Positions 27,421 through 41,810 of a stretch of 64,000 bases of DNA are shown here, one piece after another. The DNA is from Octopus vulgaris (Eukaryota). The notes under the pieces were generated by a model. It had not been told where the DNA came from. It made no database searches and worked only from the letters and a program-made list of their open reading frames with translations. The DNA lies in NCBI GenBank assembly GCA_951406725.2, contig OX597828.1, positions 28,520,001 through 28,584,000 on the forward strand, given 5' to 3'. Made by a program: the position numbers and the translations under genes. Each line of letters opens with the position of its first letter. The first letter of the stretch is position 1.

Positions 27421-28527
27421 GTATATATATTCCTGAGCGCTAAACTAATACATCTGTTTGTTGTTTACACACCCGTCTTCATCTTCTGTTTTTTTGTAAG
27501 TTCTCACTATATATATATATGTATGTATGTATACGTATGTACATATTTGTGTCTGTTTGTACCCTTGTCTAGTCATCACGTAATGGTTGTAAATGTGCAT
27601 TGCCATCATACAAGTGATGTTGTTCATTTCCAATCATCAGTGAGAAGCATGTCTGACCATGGGAAATATTACTTGGCTTGGAAAGAGGTGAGGGTTGGTG
27701 ACAGGAAGGACATCAAGCTGTATAAAAATCTGCCTTAACCAATTCCATCTGACCCATGCAAGGATGGAAAAGTGGACATTAAAATGGTAATGATTGATGT
27801 GTGTGTGTGTAAGTATATATCAACATCATTATCATTCAACATCCGTTTTCCATGCTGGCATGGGTTGGATGGCTTGACAGGATTTGGCAAGGTGAAGGGC
27901 TGCACTAGATTCCATAGTGTGTTTTGGTATGATTTTCATAGCTGGATGCCCTTCCTAATGCCAACCACTTTACAGAGTGTACTAAGTGCTTTTTATATGG
28001 CACCATCACTAGTGCTTTTTATGTGGCACCAGCACCAGTGCATTTTATGTGGCACCTTGGTTTTAGGGTCTCAATTATGTTGTGCTAAGTGGGTCTTCTC
28101 AAGTACAGCAATGTGTCATACCTCTGTCATTTCCTGTGTAAAGCTCAGCATTCTGAGATCAGCCTTCAGTATGTTGTCCTATGTCTTCCTGGGTCACTCC
28201 CTTCCACATACATATACGTATTTCATATATAAATATATAGTAATAATTTGAGGGAATATTATTCCAAACTTACAGGGAAAAATTGAATTTAGAAATACTA
28301 AATCAAATTTCACAGAATATAATATATATAAATATAAATTAGAAAAAGCCATTTATTTTATTTTTAAAAATTTTTTAAAGTTATTTTAAGGTTTGTAATA
28401 TTAATTGCTTAATGGATATTAGACTGTATTTGAATGTTTATTAAATAAATATATTAATTAATAATTTGATTTAATGTATATAGTTTAAAGTGTTGTATTT
28501 AGTTTTCACTTAATGTATATTTTGTAT

Positions 28528-28608
<81 letters not shown>

Positions 28609-28689
28609 CTATTTTAAATAATATATTTATATTTTAAAAGATTTTTACGGATATTTATTAATCAATTATTTTATTATTGTAGTTATTTT

Positions 28690-28793
28690 TAACCTGATGA
28701 GTGGCTATATTTGAATTGAAGTGATTTTACTACTACAACTAATAATTTTACTATAATCATTTCTTAAATATAGCCACAAAACACGTGTCGTTA
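28690..28793 (+). ncRNA. Degenerate hammerhead ribozyme with long stem II
   Basis: TAAC-CTGATGA-GTGGCTATATTTGA...TTAAATATAGCCAC-AAAA-CACGTG-TC-GTTA; G12 is mutated to A and stem III is palindromic. Confidence 0.65.
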
Positions 28794-28956
28794 TTCTACC
28801 AAATATATACGTTTTATTTATTATTTTGCACATTACTTAATCATCGGTATATTTTTTATCTTATATTTAATATTTCTATTATATGTAATTTTCTAGATGG
28901 TGTAATTTAATTTTTCATTTTGAATTGATAAAAGGTGTTTTTTTCTAATTTATATT

Positions 28957-28992
<36 letters not shown>

Positions 28993-29594
28993 GCTTTGTG
29001 GGAAGGACTGTTTTAATGAAGTTGTGTCTTGTCCCTACCTTCGAAACGCAGAGTAGATAAAACAGGGGACAACTGATGAAGGGAATATTCTTTATGTTCC
29101 GTTTTGTTTCTCTATTTGTTTCTTTTGATGTTTGAAAAAAATGTTCGTTTTCCATGTTTTTGTTTTTTATGTTCACATTTCTCATTTTGTTTACATTTTT
29201 TTTGATGTCCTGTACCCATCTATGCATGTATATATATATATATATATATAGCTTTGTACATATATGTATGTACATATGCATATATTTATACATTATTTAT
29301 ATGTGTGTATGTGTATGTGTGTGTGTGTGTGTGTGTATGGTGGACTCTCCTGTTGAAGACGACATAAGTGTGTTCAGCTTCTGCCAAACATCCAGCACAA
29401 ATGATTTGTTTAAAGGGATGAAATATTTGTGCTGCACATTAACTCACCCTCTCTCCTTCAAATCAATGTTACCTGAACAGGTGCACAGGTGAACCATGCA
29501 TCAGGTGTTCAAGTGTTCGCAGAGCAACAGGAGATGAAGTGTTTTGCTTAAGAATACAATGCACTATTTGGTATAGCAATTGAAATCACAATCA

Positions 29595-30183
29595 CTAGAT
29601 ATTGAGTGCAACCCTCTAACCACTAAGCCATATATATGCATATATACACACGCTGTCCATATGTCCATAATTTACATTTACAGTTTGAAAAGTTCAGAAA
29701 GAAAATGAAAAATAGAGATAACTTAGCAGACCTTATTAGCAAATGAAATTTTAATAGAGACATCAGAACCCATCCACATGGGCTCCATTGGTTGCATGCA
29801 ATGCATCTAAACGATATCGTACAATTGTAGAAGTTGTAAAGATAATTTATGAACACCCTGCGTGTGTCTGTGTGTAGTAAAAAACAAGTCTCTAGATATT
29901 GAGTGCAACCCCTCTAACCACTAAGCCATATATATGCATATATACACACAGTGTCCATAATTTACATTTACAGTTTGAAAAATTCAGAAAGAAAATGAAA
30001 AATAGAGGTAACTAAGCAGACCTTATTAACAAATGAAATTTTAATAGAGACATCAGAACCCATCCACATAGGCTCCATTGGTTGCATGCAATGCATCTAA
30101 ACGATATCGTACAATTGTAGAAGTTGTAAAGATAATTTATGAACACTCTGTGTGTGTCCGTGTGTAGTAAAAATACAAGTCTC
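29595..30183 (+). repeat. Tandem duplication of a ~297-bp unit
   Basis: CTAGATATTGAGTGCAACCC... starts at 29595 and at 29892; both units end in ...CAAGTCTC. Confidence 0.9.
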
Positions 30184-30581
30184 GAGGAAAGAACATCTAG
30201 ATTATCTTCAGTTAATGTCGGATGCACTGTACAATGTGTATGCATACTGCAAATGTGCATATTTTAGTACATGAAAATTGAAATATGGAAACTCATTTAT
30301 ATCAAGAATAGGAAATATATGCAGTGGATACAGATTGAATAAGATTTGTATATTGTGATGTATGTTTGTTACTCTATAAAGACTTGCTATATACATGGGG
30401 TGAATCATAATGGCATTTATATTATGTGCATATGTTGCGTTGGTTGTTGACAAAATATATTAGTTTTAGTAAATGAATTTTTATGAGTACCTATTCTGGA
30501 AATATATGAGGTGTTGTTAAACGTTGGTATCAAATATATGGCTTGGATGAATGATATGTCAATGCATTTGTATATATCTAT

Positions 30582-30948
30582 AGATGCAGGAGTGGCTGAG
30601 TGGTAAGTAGTTTGCTTCTGAACCACATGGTTCCAAGTTCAATTCCACTGCATAGTACCTTGGGCAAGTGTCTTCTATTAAAGCCTTATGAGCGGATTTG
30701 GTAGATGGAAACTGAAAGAAGCCTGTTGTATACATATATATGTATATGTTTGTGTGTGTCTGTGTTTGTCCCCACACCATTGCTTGGCAACCAATGTTGG
30801 TGTGTTTACGTCCCCATAACTTAGTAGTTCGGCAAAAGAGACCAATAAAATAAGTACTAGACTTACCAAAGAATAAGTCTAGGGGTCAATTTGTTTGACT
30901 AAAGGCGGTGCATGGCCACAATCAAATGACTGAAACAAATAAAAGAAT
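30582..30948 (+). mobile_element. SINE family A
   Basis: Homology to family A. Confidence 0.8.
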
Positions 30949-31077
30949 ATATATATACATGCATGTAAATGTAGAACAATGAGAATGAGTGCTCAACACT
31001 GCATTGGTGGATAAAATTTCTTTATTTGTGTATTAAGGCTACCATTGGTTTCATGTTAAAAAAATATACTCTCTCTC

Positions 31078-31458
31078 TTTACTCTTTTACTTGTTTCAGC
31101 CATGCTGGAGTACCACCTTTAGTTGAGCAAATCGACCCCTGGACTTATTCTTTGTAAGCCCGTACTGGTTTCTTTTGCCGAACCGCTAAGTGATGGAGAT
31201 GTAAACACACCAGCATCGGTTGTCAAGCAATGCTAGAGGGACAAACACAGACACACAAATATATAGACACACATACATATATATATACATATATACGACG
31301 GGCTTCTTTCAGTTTCTCTCTACCAAATCCACTCACAAGGCTTTGGTCGGCCCAAGGCTATAGCAGAAGACACTTGCCCAAGATGCCACGAAGCGGGACT
31401 GCACCCAGAACCATGTGGTTGGTTAGCAAGCTACTTATCACACAGCCACTCCTGCGCC
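31078..31458 (-). mobile_element. SINE family A
   Basis: Homology to family A. Confidence 0.8.
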
Positions 31459-32421
31459 TATAGATATCTTAATATCTTAACAACTTTTCAAGCCAATCAG
31501 ATGGTGGAATGGTGTTGATCTAATGCAGTGTTGAGCATTCATTCTCATTGTTTGCCATTGAGAATCCCTTGCTTCCAACATCCCCAAATACCATATAAGC
31601 ACTAAATACAAACAGAGAATCAGAACAAACTATATATTCATCTATCTATCTACCTATATACATTATATATAAAGGGAAAGTTTACGAAAATAAACAAAAG
31701 ACGAAGGCAGGTGGAGTACAAACAAACAAATGTATTAGTATAGCGCTCAGGAATAGAAAAAAGTCTTTTATGTTTCGAGCCTACGCTCTTTGACAGAAAG
31801 ATACACAGAAAAAAAGGGAGAGAAACAAGGAGAGAAAAAAATTCGTGTAGGAGCTAACGATCTATATATATGTATGTGTGTATTTATACACATACACATA
31901 CATACATACATACATCCACATATAGTGATAGTTGTATGATGATTGCTATGCAAAGTGAGATATAAACAAATATCATTTATATAATATATATGAACCACAT
32001 TGTATCAGGTTCAATCCCACTGGATGGCACTCTGGGTGAATGTCTTCTTCTATAATGTTGAGCTGACCAAAACTTTGTGAGTGAATTTGGTACTCAGGAA
32101 CTGTGAGGATATCCATTATGTGTGCATGTGCGTCTGTGTGTATGTTACTGCTTCTCTGCCTTGATTTCTCCTGATAGTTTTAAACGAGATTCACCATCAT
32201 GCAGGCAGTGTTTTTTTGTAAAAGATGTGTTTGGGTATAAGGAAATATTACCTTTGCTGGTAAAAAGGTGAAAGTTTTGTGAAAGGAAGGGCATCTTGCG
32301 ACAGAAAATCCATTTGACTCTTATGCAAGCATGGAAAATTGGACATCAAGTGAGAATGAGGAGGATCATATATATATATACACACACTCATAAATACATA
32401 TATACATGTATATATACACAC

Positions 32422-32454
<33 letters not shown>

Positions 32455-32899
32455 GATAGGCACACACAGCAAGAGAGAGTGTGTGTGTGGGCAGTAGAGA
32501 AAGATGGATAAACAGATATATGTGTGTATATATGTGTGTACATGCATGTATGAGAGACAGATAAGAAGATATATATATAGAGAGAGATTTCCAACATTTA
32601 CTTAACAAGGTCTTCACTAGACTTATCTCCCAACTTTACTGCTAACAGACATTATCTAGTTTTGGAAATGTTCATCTTGACATAATGCAATAGGCACTGG
32701 TTGTAACTACAGTCTGCCAGTGTGTGTAATGGTGGTGGTGGGGTGGGGTGGGGTGTGGTGGGTAACAGTGGCAGCAGTCAGTGTAGTGGTTAATGCGGAT
32801 GATGGTGATAGTGATTGTGGTGGTAATGATGGTGGTCAGTGAAGTGATGGTGACGATGATGATGATGATGATGATGATGACACATTACTGAAATTATTC

Positions 32900-32967
32900 C
32901 AGTTTATATTGTATGTACAAGCACACACATTATATATACATGCATATATATCTATCTATATATATAT

Positions 32968-33031
<64 letters not shown>

Positions 33032-33313
33032 ATATGTATGTATACACTTGTATATGTGTGGAGGTAGAGAGAGACACACACACACATGGCAGGATGGATG
33101 GATAGAATGAGAATTATATGGAAATATAGACATATATATATATATACACACACATACTATATACATATAAATTTGTGTATAAATATATGTATGTATCCAT
33201 GTGCACAAACAAATATCTGTGTACATGCAACAATATATATATATATATATGTGTGTGTGTGGGGTGGTGATATATACATGTGTGTGTATATATATACACA
33301 CATATGTGTGTAT

Positions 33314-33346
<33 letters not shown>

Positions 33347-33480
33347 GTATATATCACCCACCCACACACACATATATATATATATACATATATATGTGAT
33401 CTACTCATACAAATACATATATAACCATGTACACACTTGAAAATAGATATACATATATGTGTATGATTATTTATATATAT

Positions 33481-33517
<37 letters not shown>

Positions 33518-33533
33518 TATATATATATATAAA

Positions 33534-33615
<82 letters not shown>

Positions 33616-33688
33616 TATATATAAATAAATGTGTGTATGTATATATATATATATACACACACACATATATGTATATATATATATATAT

Positions 33689-33731
<43 letters not shown>

Positions 33732-33745
33732 CACACACACACATA

Positions 33746-33785
<40 letters not shown>

Positions 33786-33894
33786 TATATATGTATATGT
33801 GTGTATATATATATATACACAGACATATATATGTATGTATTTATATACACATGTATATATATATATATACACACACATGTATATATATATATAT

Positions 33895-33944
<50 letters not shown>

Positions 33945-34299
33945 CCCAAAGCTATAATCTGCACTTATCTGTAGGCGTCATCATGTATAGCTTACAGTGT
34001 AGATTGTTGAGCTGAGCTGTACATGAAAGATAAATAGTTTGGTGTTAATCCCCATGTCAAAAATATTTGCCCTTTCAACCCTACTAATGGACATTATTTG
34101 CCTGCAGTGAAGATTTAATCAACCCTTCCACTGAATGCTCATTAATTGCTATTAATGGCTATCAAGACACCAAACTTTAATACCCGCCGTTCCTGCAACC
34201 AAAAAATGAACATAAAAATGAGAGAAATAATTATATGTATATACATAGACACATACATATAGGTATACATACATATATATATATAAGCATACATATATG

Positions 34300-34344
<45 letters not shown>

Positions 34345-34542
34345 CAAGGGCAAACAATTCTTGAGAAAAATATATTGTATGTATATAATATATATATATA
34401 CATATATATATTAATAAACATATATATACATCTATGAATGCATATATTATATATATATATATATATGTTTATTTATATAAGCCTATGAATATAAGTATCT
34501 ATATACACATATGTGTGTTTATATATGTACATATACAAATGT

Positions 34543-34590
<48 letters not shown>
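32900..34590. repeat. (TA)n/(CA)n microsatellite-rich block
   Basis: Direct inspection. Confidence 0.9.
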
Positions 34591-34593
<3 letters not shown>

Positions 34594-35204
34594 CAAGCAT
34601 AAACTTTCTGTTTACTTTCATTAAGCAAATCAGTTAACGAGTCAATACCCAAAAGATTTTTTTTTTTAGCTTGGTTTGTTTATGTTTTTGTTCCGTTCCA
34701 TTTCATGGTGGTATCCACGTGGATAGAGGTTGGGAGCATGGCCTGTAAGGGTAAAAAGGCAATAATAATAATGGTGGCGGCGTTGGTATTGGTCATGGGG
34801 AAGCGGGGGACATGGAGTCGGTGGGGATGTCGACCATGGTGGTGGTGGTGGTGGTGGTTTTGGTGATGGTTGAAGTGCTACCTCTTTGACTACCCCACTT
34901 CTGCCGGTGTTCTTGTTATTACTGCGAATCATATAATTTCGGTAAGAAGCGTTAAGCAAGAGGATTTCTGTTTTTATGTCATGCCTCAGGGATGTAACAT
35001 GATGTCAGTAGTAGAAAAGATGGTGAACTTGTAACCCGGGCAACCAAGAGTCTGGTACCCTTTATTCACTGGGGCAATTGTATTTACCCCCCCGACCCCG
35101 CCATCCACGTCTCTTTCCCCATCTCTCTCCCTCTCCCCTTCCCCCACACACTTTACATCACATACCTCTTCCATATCGTACATAGACATATGCTCGTCAG
35201 GCAC

Positions 35205-35253
<49 letters not shown>

Positions 35254-36574
35254 TCCCCACGAAATCACAAATACTCAAACATATGTGCACCACACGCAAA
35301 CACACATGCATGCACTCACAAACACAACAACACACAAGCACATGCACACGTTCATATACGTGATGAACATTCTTTAGACAGTTATAAATCTTTAGACAAA
35401 TGCTGAGAGGTGCATTGATTAGGTTTTTCTAAACAATATTAATGCTTTATGAGAGTGGATTTGGGAGAAGGAAACTGAAAGAAGCCCATCATTTATGTGT
35501 GTGTATATAGTATGTAGTGTATATATATATATATATATATTATATTGTCCAATACATGCTAGCACGGAAAACAGACGTTAAACAATGATGATGATGATAT
35601 ATATATTATATATACCTACATACATATATACATATATTATATATACATACATACATATATATATTATATATACATACATATATATATATATTATATATAC
35701 ATACATACATATATATTATATATACATACATATATATATTATATATACATACATACATATATATATATTATATATACATACATATATATATATATATTAT
35801 ATATACATACACATATATATACATATATATATACATACATATATATATATACATACATATATATATATACATACATATATATATGTATGCATGTGTGTGT
35901 ATTTATATATATATAAGGAGTACTCCGTCAGTTACGAAGATGATTGTCTCGGCTGATATGATCAACAGAACAGTTTGCTTGTGAAATTAACATGCAACTG
36001 GCTGAGCATTCCACAGACACATTCACCCTTAGTGTAGTTCACAAGGAGATTCAGCGTGACACAGAGTGTGACAAGTCTGGCCCTTTCTTGAAATACAGGT
36101 ACTACTCATTTTTGCCAGTTGAGTAGACTGGAGCAATGTGAAATAAAGTGTCTTGCTCAAGGACACAATGCATGTGTGTGTGTGTATATATATACACACA
36201 CACACACACACTCACACATATATATGTCATATATATCTCCCGTCATTAGATGACATATGAGGTTTCAGCAATTTCTTGCCGAACAGCCACACAGATGGTT
36301 TGTTTATAGGGATCAAATGTTTGTGTTCACATAAGCCTCATCCCTCCATCAAATTGGCATTACCTGTACAGGTGCAATGAGTACCACATGTCAGATGTTG
36401 AAATGAATGCAGAGCAACATGAAACAAAGCGTTTTGCTCAATAAACACTCACAATGCCTGGTCTGGGAATCAAAAATGCAATATTACAACCGCGGGTCCG
36501 CTGCCCTAACCATTGGGCCATTGCATCTCCACATATAAATGTGTGTGTGTGTAATATATGTAAGATATTCTTTT

Positions 36575-36740
36575 ATTCTTCTATACTTTTATTTGTTTTA
36601 GTCAAATGAGACATGTTAGAGCACCCTCTTTAGCCAAATAAATCAGTCTCTTTTGTCGAACTGCTAAGTTAAGGGGACATAAACACACCAACATCAGTTG
36701 TCAAGCAATGGTGGTGGGACAAACACAGACACACAGCTAC

Positions 36741-36771
<31 letters not shown>

Positions 36772-37342
36772 ATGGGCTTCTTTCAGATTCCGTCTCGGTT
36801 GGCTTGAAGCTATAGTAGAAGACACTTGCCCAAGGTGCCACACAGTGGAACTGAACCCAGAGCCATGTGGTTGGGAAGCAAGCTACTTACCACATAGCCA
36901 CACCTGCGCTAATGTATATATGCATATATATATATATATATATATGTTATATATGTTATACATATGTATTATATAGTCTTTTATTTTTCCACTTATTTCA
37001 GACATTTCACTGAAGTCATGCTGGAGCACTGCTGTCAGTTGAACAAATTGACCCCAGGACATATTCTTTATAAGCCTACTACTTATCGGCTTCTTTTGCC
37101 AAAACACTAAGTTATAGGGACATAAACACACCAACATTGGTTGTCAAGTGATGGTGGGGGGACAGACACAGATACACAAACACACAAATATCTGTATCTG
37201 ACAGGATTCTTTCAGTTTCCGTCTACCAAATCTGCTCACAAGGCTTTGGTCGACCCGATTATATAGTAGAAGACATTTGCGCAAAGTGCCATGCAGTGGG
37301 ACTGAATCTGGAACCATGTGGTTTGTAAGCAAGCTTCTTACC
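36575..37342 (-). mobile_element. Two tandem SINE family A copies (~36575-36909 and ~36978-37342)
   Basis: Homology to family A. Confidence 0.75.
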
Positions 37343-38394
37343 ACACAACCACTCCTGCACCTGTATGTAATAATTAAAATGATGTGCTTTTGTTTTGTCT
37401 TGTTATGTGTGTGATGCCTTGGTTTGAGGAGTAACTGATGCACATGAAACGGGTCAGTGGTGTAAAAAAAAGAGCAAAAAAAAGAGGGGTTGGGTAACTC
37501 TGGTAGAGAACACTTCTACTGTTTAGATAAAAATCGTGGCAGATGTTGAGTTTGAGCCATGGAACATATTTTGATGTTCAGGTGTAGAACACATCCCATG
37601 CTAAGGTAAAGAGCACACCAGACGTTGAAGTCTGGGACATGGATGTTCTTGAGACACAGAATGCATCTAACGTCTATGCTGGGCTGATGGAACATATTGG
37701 ATATTCAGATATGGAACACGTTGAATTATAGAACATATCTTCATAAGTGAAAGTAGTAAAATTAGAAAGGAGCTTTACTTGGAGAATTTCAATGACAAAG
37801 TGTTGCTGCTAACTGCCTTAAGTGGCTTAATTATTAAATTCTAACGATCTTTATCATCATCATCATCTTTATTAAATGTTCATGTTCCATGTAGCATAGA
37901 TTGAGCAGTTTGACAGGATCCGATGGGCCCCAGGACTCTCTCATACTCCAGTGTCCACTTTGGAATGGTTTCTACAGTGTGATGTTCCTTCTGATGCCAA
38001 CCACTCTGTTGCGTGTACTGGGTGCTTTTTCTCATGCCATCAGCATTTGTAAGGTTGCCATGCAGTTTGCGAGGCTATAGTGATGAAGGGGAGCAGAGAG
38101 GAGTAGATAAAGCATGAGAGAAAAGGACCAGAGCAGAACAGGTTTCTAGTTGTTTAAGGAGCTACATAATTACTTAAATTATAATGAATAACAAATAAAT
38201 GAAAATTGGGAAAGGAAAGACAAACACCAGCAGAATTATTAAATCATTCAACTAAATGCCAGCCAGTCTTTAGGAGTTACATCACTTCATGTTTCAAGTT
38301 CCAGTATATATACCCCAAGCCATAATAGCATGGAAAGTGCACATAAAAGCACTATGATGATTATGATGCTGATATATGCATATACATATATATA

Positions 38395-38925
38395 TATCGA
38401 TGCCAGTATCCCCTGACTGGCTCACATGCCTGTGGCACGTAAAAAGCACTATCCGAACGTGATCGGCGCCAGAACAGCTTGACTGGCCCCCGTGCCGGTG
38501 GCACATAAAAAGCACTGTCCGAACGCAATTGATGCCAGAACCGCCTGACTGGCCCCCTTGCACGTGACACGTAAAAGGCACTATCCGAACGTGATCGGCG
38601 CCAGAACCGCTTGACTGGCCCTCGTGCCGGTGACACGTAAAAAAGCACTATCCGAATGTGATTGATGCCAGGACCGCCTGACCGGCCCCTTTGCTGGTGG
38701 CACGCAAAAAGCATTATCCGAACGTGATCGATGCCAGGACCGCCTGACTGCCCCCCGTACCAGTGACACGCAAAAAGCACCCACCACACTCTCGGAGTTG
38801 TTGGAGTTAGGAAGGGCATGAAGCCAGATCAGATTGGAGCCTCGTGCAGCCGATGGCTCTCCAGACCTCAGTCAAACCGTCCAGCCCATGCCGAATGGAA
38901 AACGGACGTTAAACGACGATGATGA
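38395..38925 (+). mobile_element. Family D element with ~6 x 66-bp internal tandem repeat
   Basis: Units recur at 38435, 38501, 38567, 38633, 38700 and 38766, followed by the family D tail. Confidence 0.85.
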
Positions 38926-39140
38926 TATATATATGATAGGTATTGGTATCCAGAAGACCTAAGATGGCAAGTAAAGCTATGTAAGTGCTACGGGAGGACC
39001 GTAGTTAGACTCTCGGTTCGATAATAATACATGTGAGGAGTCTAATGCGGGTCTTGTGTGAGAATGTATATGTTAAATAAAATGAAACAATAAAATCAAG
39101 GCTGTGTGCAATTTATAGGACTTTTATAAAGAGAAAGGTA

Positions 39141-39188
39141 GTCTTACAGCTGTTTCTGGGATATTAGAGATACTCCTTCATCAGAGAC
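39141..39188 (-). ncRNA. Minimal type I hammerhead ribozyme, intact core
   Basis: GTCT-CTGATGA-AGGAGTAT(CTCTA)ATATCCCA-GAAA-CAGCTG-TA-AGAC. Confidence 0.8.
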
Positions 39189-39614
39189 GATATGAGAGAG
39201 TTAACTAGAGGGAAATAGTAGAGTTCAACATAAGGAGTTATTTTGGAAAAGGATGGTTATGGGAAGTATAAAGGGAAATAAGAGAATAAAAATAGAAGTA
39301 AAAATATATATAGGATGTTACAGTTGCGGTTCCATTCTCCAAGGAAAGTGCTGTGTAGAATGGAATGGGCAGAAATGCTTCTTGTCCATGGTATGTAGAT
39401 TCCGATAGGAGTTCATATTTTGTTATTACGAGTGGAGAGTGTGGGGGACATAAAATCTATGCGCTGTTCATTCAAAGGGGTCTTGTGAACACGGAAAGTT
39501 GATCCCCCACCTTCGCCTTCTTCCCTACTTCCAAAACTGCCTTCTTTTCCGCTTTAACACTCCCCTCCTCATTGGACCTAATCCTCATTTTTTTTCTCTA
39601 TATTATTGACTTCT

Positions 39615-39800
39615 TCACTTATGCCTCTAGTAATTTCGTTCAGCATTTAAACCACTCTCTCTACAACTCTTTATATATCGGACAGACTGACCGATGCTTG
39701 TTTGACCATTTCACCAAGCACTTCAGGAGAATTCATCTTCTGAATGACTCTTCTGCTACATACCATTTCTGTTCTGCTGGCTCCATTCTACAACTTACAA
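39615..39800 (+). pseudogene. Penelope-like GIY-YIG endonuclease remnant
   Basis: YASSNFV...SLYIGQTDRCLFDHFTKHFRRIHLLNDSSATYHFCS matches the YIGQT.R.L..RF.EH pattern. Confidence 0.6.
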
Positions 39801-39889
39801 CTGACTGACATCTCTTATATTTTATATTATTATTTCCTGCAATGTCTGAAAAAAATTTGTCTCCAGTAACACCAGTCCTTCTTCGATAA

Positions 39890-41810
39890 TCACACATTGA
39901 GAATTATTCAATCGCTGACAAATTCCCGTCTCCCACTAAACCTTAGAAAGTAGATATACTCTAGTGAGGCTATGAAACTATCAAGACTGCGTGACCATTT
40001 AACTAAAATTTATAGCAAAAAAAAAACAACAAAAAAACCAGGAATCGTTTGAATATTTGAAGACCCTCTTGGAAGAATTTGAAAGAGAAAAATACAATTA
40101 CGACTCTGTTTGCCAACATTGATCTATCTCTTTTCTTTTTTTCTTACGGTCTGATAGCACCTATCAATACTGATCACCACAAGCAATAAACTGTCAGCAA
40201 AATCATTGATGATACCCTGACGGTGATCGAACTTTTGTCGAGTGTGGTGCATAAAATTGCAAGTGATCTGCTGAAACATTTCTTTAAGTGCCAAAACTAT
40301 CGAAAGTCGGGTCGATGGAATGGCAGAGAACATAAAACGTCTCTTAACTGAAAAGTTTCACCTAGTGAATGGCGATTTCTCCATACAGCTGAATTGCCAA
40401 CTACTGTTGGTAATAATTTCGCATTACTAAAGACATATGTGATTTATCTTGATAACGATGTTTCCAGAGGAAATTGGAAACAGAATGAGTCTATATTTAA
40501 TTATTGCAATAATTGTTTGCTTTTTGGAAAACAATACTCACACGGATAAATTTATTTCTTGTGCGACTAACGAAGCTCCCAGAGTGGTCGGTTGATACCG
40601 GAGGTTTCATATATTCAAAACCAGCTGTTTCAAATGCCATTGCGATTTACTGCATAATTTCTTGACCACATTTTGTTGTAAAAACACCTCAATCCCGATT
40701 TACGTCAATCGTTTACATTGCAGGAAATTGATCAATAAGATCAAAAGTTCAGTAAAATGTGATAAAATATTTCTGTTTGGCAGACATTAACACTGATCAG
40801 AAAATAGTTCGTTCGCTGTAATTATAAAGTAAGTCAGAGACTTGTTTAGGCTTAAAGGTTCAGATACACCAAGCTGATGAGACACCGAAATCGAATTAAC
40901 GGTGTTTCAGAACCTTCTGTGCTAATGAGTTGAGTATGTTATGAACACATTGTCGTCGTAAAATGAAGTTGTTCTCCTTTGACATACATAACAGCGATTA
41001 GTATATTCATGTCTGAATCTGCCAGAACGTATTAAGAATAAATCTGCAACCCATCGTTTCACATTCCGCTGTCCACAGTGCAAATAACAATTTCGACAAC
41101 CGTCGAGGAAGAATTTGATAAATTATTCCTGCATTAAGTTCAGCGGATTTTCAAGGGCAGCTGTTTGTGTTGACTTGACGAATAATTTTACAAGATCCTA
41201 ACATTTTTTTACAGTGAGAGTTTACACTTAATGGCAAATCATTTGAAAGGTTTTTAATCACAATCTTAAGTTTCAGGGAAAGTAATGTGCTCCTTATTGA
41301 CGTTAAACCTATAATAAATTATTTTATGATAAGAAAAAAACAACTTCCTCATGTTCTTCACAAGGATTTGCATTATTTCCTACAAGTGGCAGATATTGTC
41401 GTGGATTGTTAGACACTGATTACATGAATTTTTGGCAAACCATTGAAATTTGCTTCAGACCACTTGAAATTACAATATACAGACATCAATAACATAAATC
41501 TGTAAGGATGGATTGTCGATTTCATTAATGAAGTGGATGAGGTAATAATAAATCCAGCATTTATTGAAAACTTCTCATCACGTTGCACAAACAAGATTAT
41601 ACAGTTGCGCGGATAAAGAAGGGTATTGCTACCAAATAACCTAAAATGTGGCGGGAAGTTGATTTCCAGGTCTTCTCCTTTCCCAATTTCGTATTTTGAT
41701 GAAATGGCATTCTCGGAGTCAACCATCAACCGACGAAATCACTGCTTCAGTATCACTGAAAGTGAGATTTACGTCTTTAGTAAAATTTTCTCTTAATGTT
41801 TTGGCACTTG
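39890..41810 (+). pseudogene. Highly decayed hAT (Charlie/Buster-like) transposase
   Basis: Fragments in order: SEAMKLSRLRDHL (~39960), DFSIQL...FALLKTYV (~40375), SCATNEAPRVVG*YR (~40560), IYCII (~40645) and FPISYF...AFS...DLRL (~41680-41780). Many stops and frameshifts. Confidence 0.7.
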
